DNA of 64,000 bases from Geosiphon pyriformis uo1 (taxonomy: Eukaryota > Fungi > Glomeromycota), in the NCBI GenBank assembly GCA_016748015.1, contig JAAOMT010000735.1, positions 62,001-126,000 of the forward strand, given 5' to 3'. Positions 1-11,953 of the stretch are shown here, piece after piece (position 1 is the stretch's first letter; each line of letters starts with the position of its first letter). The translations under genes and the position numbers were made by a program. The notes below the pieces were generated by a model. The model saw nothing but the letters and a program-made list of their open reading frames with translations, was not told the origin of the DNA and searched no databases.

Positions 1-1009
1 TTTTGTTGTTCTTGTGATTGTTCAATATTTTGTGCTGCTTTTCTTCTTTTGTTTTCTAAANNNNNNNNNNNNNNNNNNNNTGGAATGTTGCTTCCGTGAT
101 AGTGTCACTCGGATAAGTTGGGATAGTAAGTTCAATGGGTAATGTGGCTTTTCTTCCATAAACTAGTTCAAACGGTGTGAATTGTGTAGTATCTTGTTTT
201 ACTGTTCAATATGCTAATAGTACTGCTGGTATGAACAAATCCCATTCTTTTTCATGTTCATTACTAATTTTCGCCAGTGATTCGCATAATGTGCGATTAA
301 ATCTTTCAACTAATCCATTTGTTTGAGGGTGGTATGGTGATGACAGTGGTCGCTTGATTCCAAATTTTTGGCTAAGTTCTTTTAAGGTGCTGTTTACGAA
401 GTGTGTGCCTTGATCTGATAGCAATTCTTGTGGACATCCATGTTGGCAAATTAAGTCTTCATGTATAAATTGAGCTATGGAAATAGCATCAGCTGTTTTA
501 ATAGCTCTAGCTTCTGGCCATTTGGTGAGATAGTCCATGACTACTGCAATATAATGGTTGTTTCTTGTTGTTATTGGTAAGGGTTCAACTAAATCAATTC
601 TGATTCTGTCAAATGGCTGTCCAACTTTTATTGGTCTTAATAATTCCGTTGTTTTTGCTCCTCCTCTTCGTTGGCATGGGTCACAATTTCTTATGTATTG
701 GATTATGTCTGAGCTCATTTTTGGCCAATAGTAACGGCTAGTTGCACGTTGGATGGTTACTGTTTTTCCAAAGTGGCCTGAATGAATATCTGAGTGCATG
801 TTAAATAAAATAGTTTCTTTTTCATTCGTGGTTATAACTCTTAATGAATTATCTGGATTTTGTCGATTCCGGTAATAAAGTATGTGATTTTGAATGAAAT
901 AGTGTTTTGCTAATTTTTGGAGCTTAATTAGCTCTTTTACTGGCATTTTTTCGTCTATTTGTAGTGTTTCCAAGTATTGGCTGAGGTTTTTGTAAAGGTG
1001 GTTGTTCAT
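1..1009 (-). CDS. GyA integrase (own ATG at 1009; in-frame TGA at 206-208, homology continues past it)
   Basis: HHCC (MHSDIHSGH...CDPC) and DDE core (IDLV, SDQGTHF, YHPQTNGLVERFNRTL); TQFTPFELVYGR follows the TGA. Confidence 0.9.
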
Positions 1010-1038
1010 TGTTGTTGTGGCGGGTGGGTTGGTGATTT

Positions 1039-1417
1039 TTATGTGTGTCTCATTCTTGACAAACAGTCGGCATTAGCATTTTTGGTACCTTCTTTGTATT
1101 TGATAATATAATTGTATGATGCTAATGTTTGTGACCATCTGGCGTATTTTCCTTTTAGCACTTTCTTGTTATTTAACCAGACCAGACCTCTATGATCTGT
1201 CGTAATCTCAAAGGGTTGGTACTGTAAATATGTGTCAAAGTGAACACAACTCCAGACTACTGCTAAGCATTCAAGTTCATGTGCTGCGTAGTTTTGTTCT
1301 GCCGTACTGAGACTTCTGCTGGCATAAGCGATTACACGTTCTCTTCCATTATCATCTTTTTGTGACAGAATGGCTCCAAGTCCAGTTCCAGAGGCATCTG
1401 TGGCCAAAATGAATTTC
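1039..1417 (-). CDS. GyA RNase H (end of pol ORF)
   Basis: TDASGTGLGAILSQ, AYASRSL, ELECLAV, TDH and NADCLSR motifs, then TAA at 1039-1041. Confidence 0.92.
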
Positions 1418-1437
1418 NNNNNNNNNNNNNNNNNNNN

Positions 1438-2237
1438 TTTTCCAACATGCTTTGGACTTCTTCTCTGATAAAATTATGCTCCATTGGTGGGACACGGTAA
1501 GCGCGTTGTTTTTCAGGTCTGGCATCTCCAGTGAGGATTTGGTGTTGAACCAAGTTGGTTCTTCCAAATTCGCCATTTCTTGAAAATATATCAGAGTATT
1601 TTAAAATTAATGCTTTTAATTGTTGCTGTTGGTCGGGATCCATTGTTCCAATGTTTAATTTGGCCAATTTTTCTGGCGTAAATTGATAGCATTCTACTGG
1701 TTGTTGCCAATTTATTGAAGTGAGTTCACAGTAGAGGATGATTTCTGGGAAATTTAGAATTTCTTGTGGTGTTGATGCGTTTTCTAGCTCCGTTCCGAGG
1801 TATCCAATGATGGTATCTTCCAGAATGTAGACGGGTTCTTCTGTGGTGTTTGCGATAGGAATTTTTATCCATNNNNNNNNNNNNNNNNNNNNGTAAATGT
1901 TGGAGATGATCCGTGAATTTTGACGAGAAAACATTTGTATCATCCAAGTAGACAACAACGGATTGCCACAGGATTCCGGAGTAAATTACGTCCATTAGTC
2001 TTTGGAATGTCGCGGGAGTGTTTGTTAATCCAAATGGCATTACATTGAACTCATAATTGCCATTTTGTGTTGTGAATGCTGTTTTATGCCTGTCCTTTGG
2101 GTCCATTTCCACTTGCCAGTACCCACTGGTCAAGTCCAGTATAGAAAACCATTTTGCTCCTCCAAAAACGTTGAAGATTTCGTCAATTAATGGTATTGGG
2201 TATGAGTCTTTGGTTGTTTTGCTGTTTAGTTTGCAAT
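1438..2237 (-). CDS. GyA reverse transcriptase fragments (two misordered contigs)
   Basis: DSYPIPLID, LDLTSGYWQV, KTAF, VMPFGLTNTPATFQRLM and YLDD in 1892-2237; RT N-terminal region (GRTNLVQHQILTGDARP) in 1438-1872. Confidence 0.9.
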
Positions 2238-2529
2238 NNNNNNNNNNNNNNNNNNNNCCAGAATGTAGACGGGTTCTTCTGTGGTGTTTGCGATAGGAAT
2301 TTTTATCCATTGAGCTTTATCAGCTGGAATAAAAAGGTTAGTAAGTCCTATGAGAAACTGTTGGCAAGTTTCTGGGTAGGGCTCAAATATTAGGTCTTTT
2401 TCTTTAATTGTCCTTTTTATTCTTATTTCTGATTTTCCATATGGTAGGAGCATGATAGACCGCTCATTTTTAATTACTTCGCCTTTTTCCTCTATTGTTT
2501 CAGCGAAATTCACTTCAATTCCTTTTCCT

Positions 2530-2960
2530 GTCAATCCGAAACCAAAAGTTTGTTGTTTGTGACAATTCCTCACGATTTTCTACTGGCACGAATTTCCCAA
2601 TTTTTACCAATGGTAGGAAAATTGCTTGTGCAATCTTTTCCTTAGATTCAATGGTATAAGACTTTTCTGAATTGTTCTGTAGCAAAACCATCAAATTTCC
2701 AGTGTATCCGGAGTCAATTACTCCTTCTTGAATGCTTATTCTTTTTTTCGCGAGGCTTGATCGCGACGTCATTTGAACCATTATTCCTGGCGGAATTTCA
2801 ACCGCTATTTTTAGGTCAATTTTGGTGATGCTCCTGGGTGGTAACGTTGTGGATTGGTCTTTCGGATAACGTAGATCGAATCTGGTGTCGGTTGGATGGG
2901 CTCTTTTAGGTATTATTTCTAAGTGCCTGTTGTCGAAGTATCGGATGTCGGTCACCTGTT
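2530..2960 (-). CDS. GyA dUTPase domain (frameshift in motif 5)
   Basis: dUTPase motifs FDL, SRSSLA, GVIDSGYTG and KIAQAIF; FGFG in the shifted frame. Confidence 0.9.
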
Positions 2961-3079
2961 CTAGGTCGGTATAGGCTACAAATTTTTCTGACTTGGGACC
3001 GTCAGGTGAGTCTTGTTGATTTATTGATTGATTTTGAGACTGTTGATTCTCAATTTCCATTTTTCTTTCTAAGTCCCTT

Positions 3080-3690
3080 TTGTCTTGACACTCTTCACAG
3101 CACTGACTTTGGCACAGAATGAGACAGTTTTCGCAGAGGTAAGTGTTGATTTGGGCGAGGTATTGTTTTTGCTCTTGTCAAGTGGGGCATAATTGTTGGT
3201 AGTAGTCCTAGAATTCGTCCACTGGGTCGAACATGTTGTAGCTGGCAACTTTGTCAGCTACTTCGGCTGACTCTTTCCAATGTCGTATTTCTTTGGCGGT
3301 TTCTTCTCTTACTTTGGCTTGTGCAGTATTGTACAACTTGTCCTCGTCGTGTGGATAGTGCTGTAGTCTTTTTAACGCTCTGTTGAACGCTGCTTCAAAT
3401 GGCGTTCCTCCTCTTACCCAGTCACAGATGAGGATCGTGTATTGGCAAGTTGCGTCACACGTTCCTCCTCTGCCTGGTAAGTCGTTCCAGTCGCATCCTC
3501 TTGGTAACGGTTCTCCACAAGTAAGGCACGGTTCCTCGTTCCATTTTCTGTGTCTTTCTGGATAACCGTATTTTTCTTTGTTACAACGGTTACAATAGTA
3601 GTGGGTGGAGTTTCTTGGGTCTTCGTCCAGTGCGCTGCACACAGTCATAGACGAGAGTTTCTTCTTGCAAACCGAGCATTCTAGCTTTGG
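3080..3690 (-). CDS. GyA Cys-rich putative multi-zinc-binding domain between protease and dUTPase
   Basis: CSVC, YYCNRC, PCLTCG, TCDATCQY, HYPHD and CENCLIPCQSQCCEEC lie in the pol frame; the domain is conserved in GyB, GyC and GyD. Confidence 0.7.
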
Positions 3691-3899
3691 TCTGCGTCGC
3701 TGGTGGTTTCTTCGTGAACTTACCTGGTTCTATTCGGATCTTTCTTTGCTGGTCCACGTTGGTACGGCTGGTAGTCCTGTTCTTTGGTCATCAGCCCAAG
3801 AGAGCTGATAGGTTTTGATGGCTGGTAGTGCTGAATTTTCCTCAAATTTGAAGGTAGGTCTTTGGTTGGTGCTGGGTTTTTGGAAGTGGCCACAGGTGG

Positions 3900-4290
3900 C
3901 TGGAATTTTGGCCTGGTGGTCATTATAATTGATCAGAAGCTCTTGGGTGGTCCAGTCTAGGGTGGCGTTGGCTTTTGTTAGCCAGTCATTCCCTACTAAC
4001 GCTTGATATTGTGTAGCATCCATTACTAATACTTTTGTAGGTATTACTATGCCATTAATTTCGAAAGAGAATAAGTCAATTTCGCCATAAGGCAGCTTTG
4101 TACTTCCATCGGCTGTTATGATTTGGGACATCGCAGCACGATCAACTTTGAAACCCAGTTGGTTTACTAGTTGAAGCATTACGATGCTTCCAGCGGATCC
4201 GCTGTCTAAGATAAGTTTGATTGGGGTATTGTTTACAGTGGCTTCCGTATACATAGCAGTGATTGGACATTTTTTGTCCAATGCTGCTCC
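3900..4290 (-). CDS. GyA aspartic protease
   Basis: LILDSGSAGS catalytic motif and ALVGNDWL. Confidence 0.9.
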
Positions 4291-4728
4291 ACTGAACATA
4301 GCCTCATTTTCCTCTAATTCAAAAAGAAAAATAGCTGCGAGGCTGCTATCTTCGGTGGCAACTGCTGGTGGTATTGTCTGGCTCAATTTGGAAGAATTCT
4401 TGGTTCTGTTTATGTTTCTACTGTCATTGTTTCCGATGATCAGGTTTTCTGGTATATTAAGGTAAGTTTGTTGATAATTTTGGTAGTTTGGATTGGTTTG
4501 CTGATTGGTTCCAGCACGGTTTGGATTCCTCTGAACCAATGCGTTCTGGTTCCACATGGGCTGATTTCGGGCCTCGGGACGCCAATTCGGGTTGGCTATC
4601 ATGGGCTGTTGCTAGTAAGCTCCTTGATTTTGATACGTGGTAGGATATTGGCATGGTATTGGCGTGTACTGGTTTCTGGGCATTTGGGGTGGCGTGTAGT
4701 AATTATTTTTGTGTGCTTTCTGCATCAT

Positions 4729-6569
4729 TCACGTTCGACATTGACTAATCAAATGTCCTACACATTTGCAAAAATGGCAGGCGCGTGTTTCTGTTCTGAA
4801 TTCCTGGCGCGACGAGCGATTATTTTGGTTGTCACTAACTTCCTGGCTGTGTCTTTGGGGTGGTTGGTATGTATTTTTTCTCGGATCCGGGATGAGGTAA
4901 CTTTCTATTTTCTTAGAGAGTTCCTTCCCTAATCGCATTACTCTTTTCTCTAATGTTTCTGTCTTATTTTTCTCCATTACCATGTTAACCATTTGACTAT
5001 AGTTAGCTTCTTTCTCAGCCGATTCAAGGGCTCTGGTGAGCATAATGGCTTCTGGTAAAGAATTAGGGTGGGCAGGGCATACTCTTCCTAAAATGCTGCT
5101 TTTTAATCCTCTAATAAACTGATTTAAAACCTGAGAATCAGTGTAGTATCCTTGTTCAATCGCTTCAATCTGACGGCGAATTCGATTGAATCGAGCAAGG
5201 TATTGGGTGACAGTTTCACCGGTATTTTGCTTGATAGTATTGAATTCGTTCTGTAGTTGGATTACGGCATTTGGGTTGCTAAAATACTCCAGGAGTGCAT
5301 TTTTAAATTCGGCAAAGCTCGTGGGTTTTGTTTCCAGGCTTTGATACCACGAGTCGGCTGTGCCTTTCAAGAAGAAAGGTAATGTTTGAATTGCTCTTTG
5401 GTCGTTCCAGTTATTTGCCTGGATGGCTTTTTGTGCTTCTCTGAGCCATGTGTGCACGTCCGTTTCTTCTTCCTCTCCTGAGAAATCTGTTAGTCTTGCA
5501 ATGTATGGTGTGGTCATTTCGTTGCCGTTTTCTGCTGGTGGGTTTATTGGTCTAAGAGAAGGTGGGATGATATTTCCTTGAGCGTTCCTAAAGGTGGCTT
5601 CCCTTATATCTGGTTCTTCCTCTTGATCACGAGTTTCTTGGTTTCTGGACTGGCTNNNNNNNNNNNNNNNNNNNNCTTTTGTTAGCCAGTCATTCCCTAC
5701 TAACGCTTGATATTGTGTAGCATCCATTACTAATACTTTTGTAGGTATTACTATGCCATTAATTTCGAAAGAGAATAAGTCAATTTCGCCATAAGGCAGC
5801 TTTGTACTTCCATCGGCTGTTATGATTTGGGACATCGCAGCACGATCAACTTTGAAACCCAGTTGGTTTACTAGTTGAAGCATTACGATGCTTCCAGCGG
5901 ATCCGCTGTCTAAGATAAGTTTGATTGGGGTATTGTTTACAGTGGCTTCCGTATACATAGCAGTGATTGGACATTTTTTGTCCAATGCTGCTCCACTGAA
6001 CATAGCCTCATTTTCCTCTAATTCAAAAAGAAAAATAGCTGCGAGGCTGCTATCTTCGGTGGCAACTGCTGGTGGTATTGTCTGGCTCAATTTGGAAGAA
6101 TTCTTGGTTCTGTTTATGTTTCTACTGTCATTGTTTCCGATGATCAGGTTTTCTGGTATATTAAGGTAAGTTTGTTGATAATTTTGGTAGTTTGGATTGG
6201 TTTGCTGATTGGTTCCAGCACGGTTTGGATTCCTCNNNNNNNNNNNNNNNNNNNNCTAGTGTTTCCTGTGGATATTGGAAAATTTTTGTTGGCGTATTGC
6301 TCAATTTCTCGATGGATTTTGACAATAGTTGCGGCTATTACTGCTACTTCTTTCGTAGTGTATTGTGATAATTCTCTATACAATCCAAGTTTTGCGTCGT
6401 GTGGTTCTTCTTCCTTTCCTATATAATAATTTATTCTGGCATTGATATAATAAGTGAGGGCAGATTCTGCTGGACAACACCCTTCTGGTAATCCAAGATC
6501 ACTTTGATTTTGTGTGTAAATAGCACGGCAGAATTCAAGAACAGTAAGATTAGGGGTTTTTGTCGCCAC
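4729..6569 (-). CDS. GyA gag (N-terminal extension 6256-6569; capsid plus CCHC 4729-5655; gap and artefactual duplicate between)
   Basis: FSGEE...WLREA, LKGTADSWY, KQNTGETVTQYLARF, QFIRGL and CHFCKCVGHLISQC. Confidence 0.85.
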
Positions 6570-6634
6570 TTTTGTCTTTTCCTTTTTAGCAATGAATTAT
6601 TGCTAATTATTATTTCCTTTTTGATTTTTTTTCC

Positions 6635-6649
6635 TTGTAGGGTTCACCA
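6635..6649 (-). promoter_or_regulatory. Putative primer-binding site of GyA (TGGTGAACCCTAC)
   Basis: Begins with TGG 2 nt after the LTR-terminal CA; cognate tRNA not identified. Confidence 0.7.
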
Positions 6650-6651
6650 AA

Positions 6652-7517
6652 TGTTACGGGATGGTTTTCTTGTTATATTTAATTGCTGATATTCCGCTTT
6701 AATTGCAATCAGTCTTTTGTGAGTTCCTCAGTTCTATTTGTGTGATAATGTCACTGTTATACTGAAGGCTTTCTTTTTACTGTTGCGGTGTAAGTTATTC
6801 TTTAATTCTTGATTGTTGTGTGTGTTTATGTACTCCTTTTCAGAGGCTGAACTGAAATCTACCCACTGTCTGGGGTCTTCTCTGAGGCTATCCTTGCAAT
6901 TGCCTAATGTGTTTCTCTAATTTAGAAACACAGAATGTTAATGGTCTTTAGCACTTTTCTAATTCTCACAATAAAGCTTTTATCAATTAATAACAATGTG
7001 AATAATCTTGATCAAGGATTATTCTTCCAAGGGATTCAGTTGATGAATGATAGTTTCATTCAATAAATAATACAAGTAAGTTTCTTAATACTTTGGGTTG
7101 TGATAGTTCAGTTTTAAATATTCTTTTTCATTTCTTTTTGATTTTAAAGGTTTTTTGGGATATTTAATTTGAAAGTATTATTTAAAGTGGAGTTTGTTGG
7201 ATAAAATTGGATCTATTGCTTGATAAGTTATGATTTTTATTACTTGATTGATTATTTCCCAATATTAAAACTACTGTATATATACATGTTTGTAGTTCTA
7301 TGAGAAAATACTTTCTTTTTGATATATTAACCTGGTATTTGCTGCTATCACCAGTTGGTGTTGGCTGCTATTGTGAACTGGTGTTTGCCACTATCGTGAG
7401 ATGGTGTTTGCTACTATGTTAATCATTACCTTTCTAAGATTATTACTGTGCTATATTATGATTGAATAGTTTGTATTATTTTTATGATTCTTTTTTCTAA
7501 ATTCTTAAACTGTAACA
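6652..7517 (-). repeat. GyA 5' LTR (866 bp)
   Basis: TGTTAC/GTAACA termini; near-identical reverse-complement copy at 32212-32757. Confidence 0.9.
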
Positions 7518-8338
7518 ACAGAAAGTAGGATGATCAAATTACACAATACCCTGAACTTTGTAACATTCAAAAATTCGCCGAAATTTACAGAAATTCGCCA
7601 AAATTATGAATAGTTCACCCAAATTAATCAATAGTTTAGCGAAATAACTTGTAGTTCATCAAAATATATCTTTAGTTTGTCGAAATTTGAGCAAAGAGAA
7701 AAAGTGCAAGTTCATAGACTAGTACTACAACAAGTTGTATAAAAGAAGAGCTTTTTTCTTCTGGAAAATGTATCTTACTTTAGTTTTATTACTTAGAACC
7801 ATTCCTATACACACAAAAAAAAATAAATATCAAATAATTCGAAAAACCAAATTCTTTAATTATTTGCACTTGGAAAATCTCCAAGAACCCAACTAACATT
7901 TTGAAATTGATTAGCTACCAATTTCAGTAAACTGTTAGTGACTCCAGGTCTAAATAGAAAACGTTTTCCTTGATAAAATTTCTATTTCTTTTACATTTCT
8001 TTTATTTTTCTTTTCTTTTCTTATTACAATTATTAGGGTAGCCTACAGACAAGATTCTTGTAGAAGAGTTGACTTTCACAGCAAAGTAACTATACATTTT
8101 AGTGAGCTTCCAGACGAGCAATTCCTGAGAAAGAGTTGACATTTACTACAACATAACTACATAAAATAATTGGCACGGAATTGGCCACTCCACTTATAAG
8201 CCCAGCAGTTCAAATTATAGGAGATAATTTGAAGATAAATTCAGTTATTGGAGGTTTAACTACTTCTAGAAAACGTGAATTCACAACAAACAGACATTAA
8301 CAACATTCAAGAAAAGAGACCAAAAACCTCTGGTAATA
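7518..8338 (+). repeat. Partial LTR of a GyC-related family, interrupted by GyA and itself inserted in the GyE integrase
   Basis: Colinear with 35458-36430 and with the reverse complement of 24321-25304. Ends CTGGTAATA and is followed directly by integrase codons (IDYLTKWPEA). Confidence 0.85.
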
Positions 8339-9318
8339 CCATAGACTACTTAACAAAATGGCCAGAAGCCAGAGCCATCCAAATAGCAGATACTAAAACA
8401 ATAGCTGAGTTTGTACACCAAGATTTGATTTGCAGACATGGATGCCCAAAAAAACTGCTATCTAATTAAAGAATAGATTTTGTCAATAATATGTTAACCA
8501 AATTAAATTAACAGTTTAAAATAAAATATCCTTTATTGTTACCATATTATTCACAAATGAATGGACTGATAAAACAATTTAACTGAACACTGTATAAAGC
8601 ATTAGCAAAAACAAGTCATGAAAATAAACAAAAATAAGACTTATTCATACTTTTTGTACTCTTTGCATACTGAACATTGAAACAAAATATGACTTAGTTC
8701 ACATCATTCAAACTAATTTATAGAAGAAAAGCTATATTACCAATTGAATGAATGATACTGTCCTACTCAACAAAAACAATCACCAAAAAGAATTTTGAAG
8801 CTACCTTACACCAAAAAATGTACTAGTTAATGGAAACATTAAAAGACAACCATAAAATAGCAGCTAACAATATTAGTTACTCTCAAGAATATCAAAAAGA
8901 AAGACATAATAACTGCTTACCAGAACAACCAATGGAATTCAAGATTGAAGACCAAGTACTATTATATTGTACAAAAACTAAGAAACAATAAAGTAAAAAA
9001 TTAGATCCAAAGTGGGACAGTCCATTCTATATACACAAAGTTTTAGGCAATAGAGCTTACAAATTACAATTGGAAGACAGAATTTTAAAGAGAGTAGCTT
9101 ATAAAAACTAGTTAAAAATCTATTATGCAAAACATCAGTCATCATTATTAATACTTCAGCTAAAAACACAAATTTCATTAATTAAACCAGAAAATATATC
9201 ATAAGATCTGGAATCAATCATCATTATTAAAACATAGATAATGTGTAGCAAATTAAATTAAAAAATTCAAATATATATAACATTCAAAAAAACAGTAAAA
9301 AACAATAGAACTTTTAAT

Positions 9319-10033
9319 ATGAATCTGTTAGATTAAATTTTACAACTCTCAAAACAATTATTTAATACAATTCAGCAATTTTCTACTTAAATAAAAGTAA
9401 CAATTAATAGAAAAGAGATATGATATAAAAATAAGAGCAAGAAAGGAGAGGACAAAAGTTCAACTAGAACTTAATAATCCCATTTTTACTCAATGTTTAA
9501 AAGAAAAAATCGGAGAAAAAATTTCTCTTGGGTAAGACAGGGTATAAAAAAAGTTTATAAAAGATATTTGGTTTTCAAGTTCGAAAAAATAAAAGAAGCT
9601 TTAGCTCATGAGACCAAACTCTCTAAAACAGGAGAATGGACGCTTAACAATACCTAGAAATAGAAAAAAAGACTTCCTTTAGTATATTAAGTTCTATAAA
9701 ATCAGTGAACAGCTAGATTTGAAAACACTCTATAAAGACTTTAGACAAAAAACTTTTAACAAAGAAGCAATGCAACAAGTAAAAAAATTCATAGAAAAAA
9801 ACAACCTGACTCTATATTACAAAGCAGCATACCAACTGTATGCTGTTTTCTAACATTGTTCAAATGTATTATTGTATAGATTTATAAAGACTATAACAGT
9901 TAACAACATAGAATGAATAACCAATCAACAGTTCAAAGACCTACAAAAAATGATACTTGATATAATAATTGAACATTACACAAACAAAGTCAGAATAATA
10001 GATATAAATAATTTCGCCAAAACTCAATTCTAA
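9319..10033 (+). pseudogene. GyE ORF3 remnant (env-position ORF of unknown function)
   Basis: MNLLD*ILQLSKQL...KAAYQLYAVF*HC...TITVNNI...QFKDLQK, homologous to 25273-25992 and 19209-19933. Confidence 0.75.
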
Positions 10034-10966
10034 AAAAAGAGGGATAATATTACCTGAGTAAAAAAAACCAATCCAAAGTTATGAAGAAAACATGACCAAA
10101 AATGTAATGACACAAAATAATACAAAATAGCATGTAATAATATAGGATAATGTATTATAACATAGTATAACAAGTAATAATATAAGATAATATGTTATAA
10201 CATAGGATAACTAGTAATAATGTAGAAAAATAAAGCAATAACAGAAATAACAAAGCAATCAAAAACAATCTTGTAAAACAAAAAGAATATATAAAAATAA
10301 GTAGCTATAGAAGTTAGAGAAACATCCAGACAAAAATCAATTTTTTTTTCCTTATAATTATTATATCTTACAAAAATAAAAGACTTATTTGAAAAACCAC
10401 AAAAAAATCTTTAATATATGATCATCAATTATTTTGTGTGTAAATCGAACTAATTCTTAGTTTATTCTTTTATTTCAGAACAGATGCTCTTAGCATAAAC
10501 ACCTCAAACTCTTAATGATTTGGACCAATTACTCTTGATTATAGTGATTGATAATACTAGTTTATCTTCTTTTATTTTTTTTTATTTTTTATTTTTTTAT
10601 TTTTTTATTTTCTTTTGTGGAACAGCAATATAGTAAAATTAACTGTCTGGGAATAGACTTCATAATAACCTGGTAAAAAAAGAAAGCTCTTCCTAAGTTT
10701 TGGATATTAATATTATTTTGGTAACTTACTAAAAGGGCAAAAAAACAACACCAGACCCTAACAATTGTGCTTGTTAGCTCAGAAAAAATAGCTCATATTT
10801 ATAAGAAGTTGCAATCAATAAAAGCCAAATTTTTGTGCCTTATAACCAAAAAACTTAATGGATAAATTCACAACCAGTAAATAAGACTTTTAAAGACTGA
10901 CAATTAAAACTAAGTTAACAAAATTATGTGAAATACACATTATCAATAATTAAGAGCACCAAATAT

Positions 10967-11892
10967 TGTTATCCAAATAGAAAAACCAAAAAGCTATGGA
11001 AAAACATGACAAAGAAACATAACAAGAAAAATACAGTACAACTTGAGATAACACAAAACAAAAACAAGCAATAGTTAGCAAATGTGAGCAATAACTAATA
11101 AATGCAAACAATAGCTAGTAAATGCAAGCAATAGTTAGCAATAACAAACAATAGTTAGCAATAGTAAAGCAATTGAAAGCAATCCTGTAAAACCAAAAGA
11201 ATGTATAAAAACAAATAATTGTAGAAGTTGAAAAGTTAAACAGTTAGTTAAGAATCAATTTTACTTTGTATTATACTTATTATATATTTATAGTCTGAAA
11301 TACAATAAATTATCAAAACCAAATCTAATTCACCACTTTATGTTCTTCTATCTTATGGATTTTAATTGAAATTAAAATCAGTATTTCCTACTTTTGTTCC
11401 AGGACAGATGCCATTGACATAAACACCTCGAACTCTTAATGATTTGAACCAATTGTTCTTGATCATGGTAATTAATGGGAACTAATTCTTTTTTTTATTT
11501 TTTTTATTTTTTTGGAGTGATAACATAAGAAAATTGACTGTCTTGGAATAGACTTTATGATAGCCTGGTAAAAAAAAAAAGTGCTCCCTAAGTTTTGGAT
11601 ATTAACGTTATCTTGGTAGCTTACCAGAAGGGTGAAAAGACAATGCCAAACCCTAATAACTGTGCTCATTAGCATGGAGAAGAAAGTTCACATTTATAGA
11701 AAACATTGCAATTGACAAAAGACAAACTCTGTGCCCTATAACCAAAAAATCAACAGGTAAATTCACAGCCAGGAATAGATCTTCAGAGACTGATAACACT
11801 AACACAGTAGAAAAAATAGACAACTTTGAAAAATAATTCAAAACTAGAGCACCAAACGTTATCATCATATCCTACCCAGTTTATCCATAACA
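10967..11892 (+). repeat. GyB 5' LTR
   Basis: Matches 19948-20939; TGTTAT...ATAACA termini; five 20-bp U3 repeat units at 11061-11160. Confidence 0.92.
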
Positions 11893-11953
11893 TTTAATGC
11901 TTCCTGTGAGGTTATAAATCCACAGAGACAAAGCACCCCAGAAATACACAAAA

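Larger units (their letters stand above)
1..7517 (-). mobile_element. Ty3/Gypsy LTR retrotransposon GyA (young; 3' end outside window; fragmented by N gaps)
   Basis: 5' LTR 6652-7517 (TGTTAC...GTAACA), PBS, gag with CCHC, protease LDSGS, dUTPase, RT YLDD, RNase H, then integrase in Gypsy order. CpGs are largely retained. Confidence 0.95.

Noticed and set aside
1418-2312. Rearranged RT order and direct repeat (1820-1872 vs 2258-2312)
   Set aside because: These are overlapping contig ends and misordered contigs around 20-N gaps; ORFs containing X runs are chimeric.
4184-4932. Antisense ORFs opposite gag/pol, here and elsewhere in the window
   Set aside because: They are shadow ORFs of the real reading frame, with no motifs or independent conservation.
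5676-6235. Apparent tandem duplication of the protease within GyA gag
   Set aside because: It appears identical to 3972-4531 and is bounded by N gaps on both sides, so it is most likely a scaffolding artefact.
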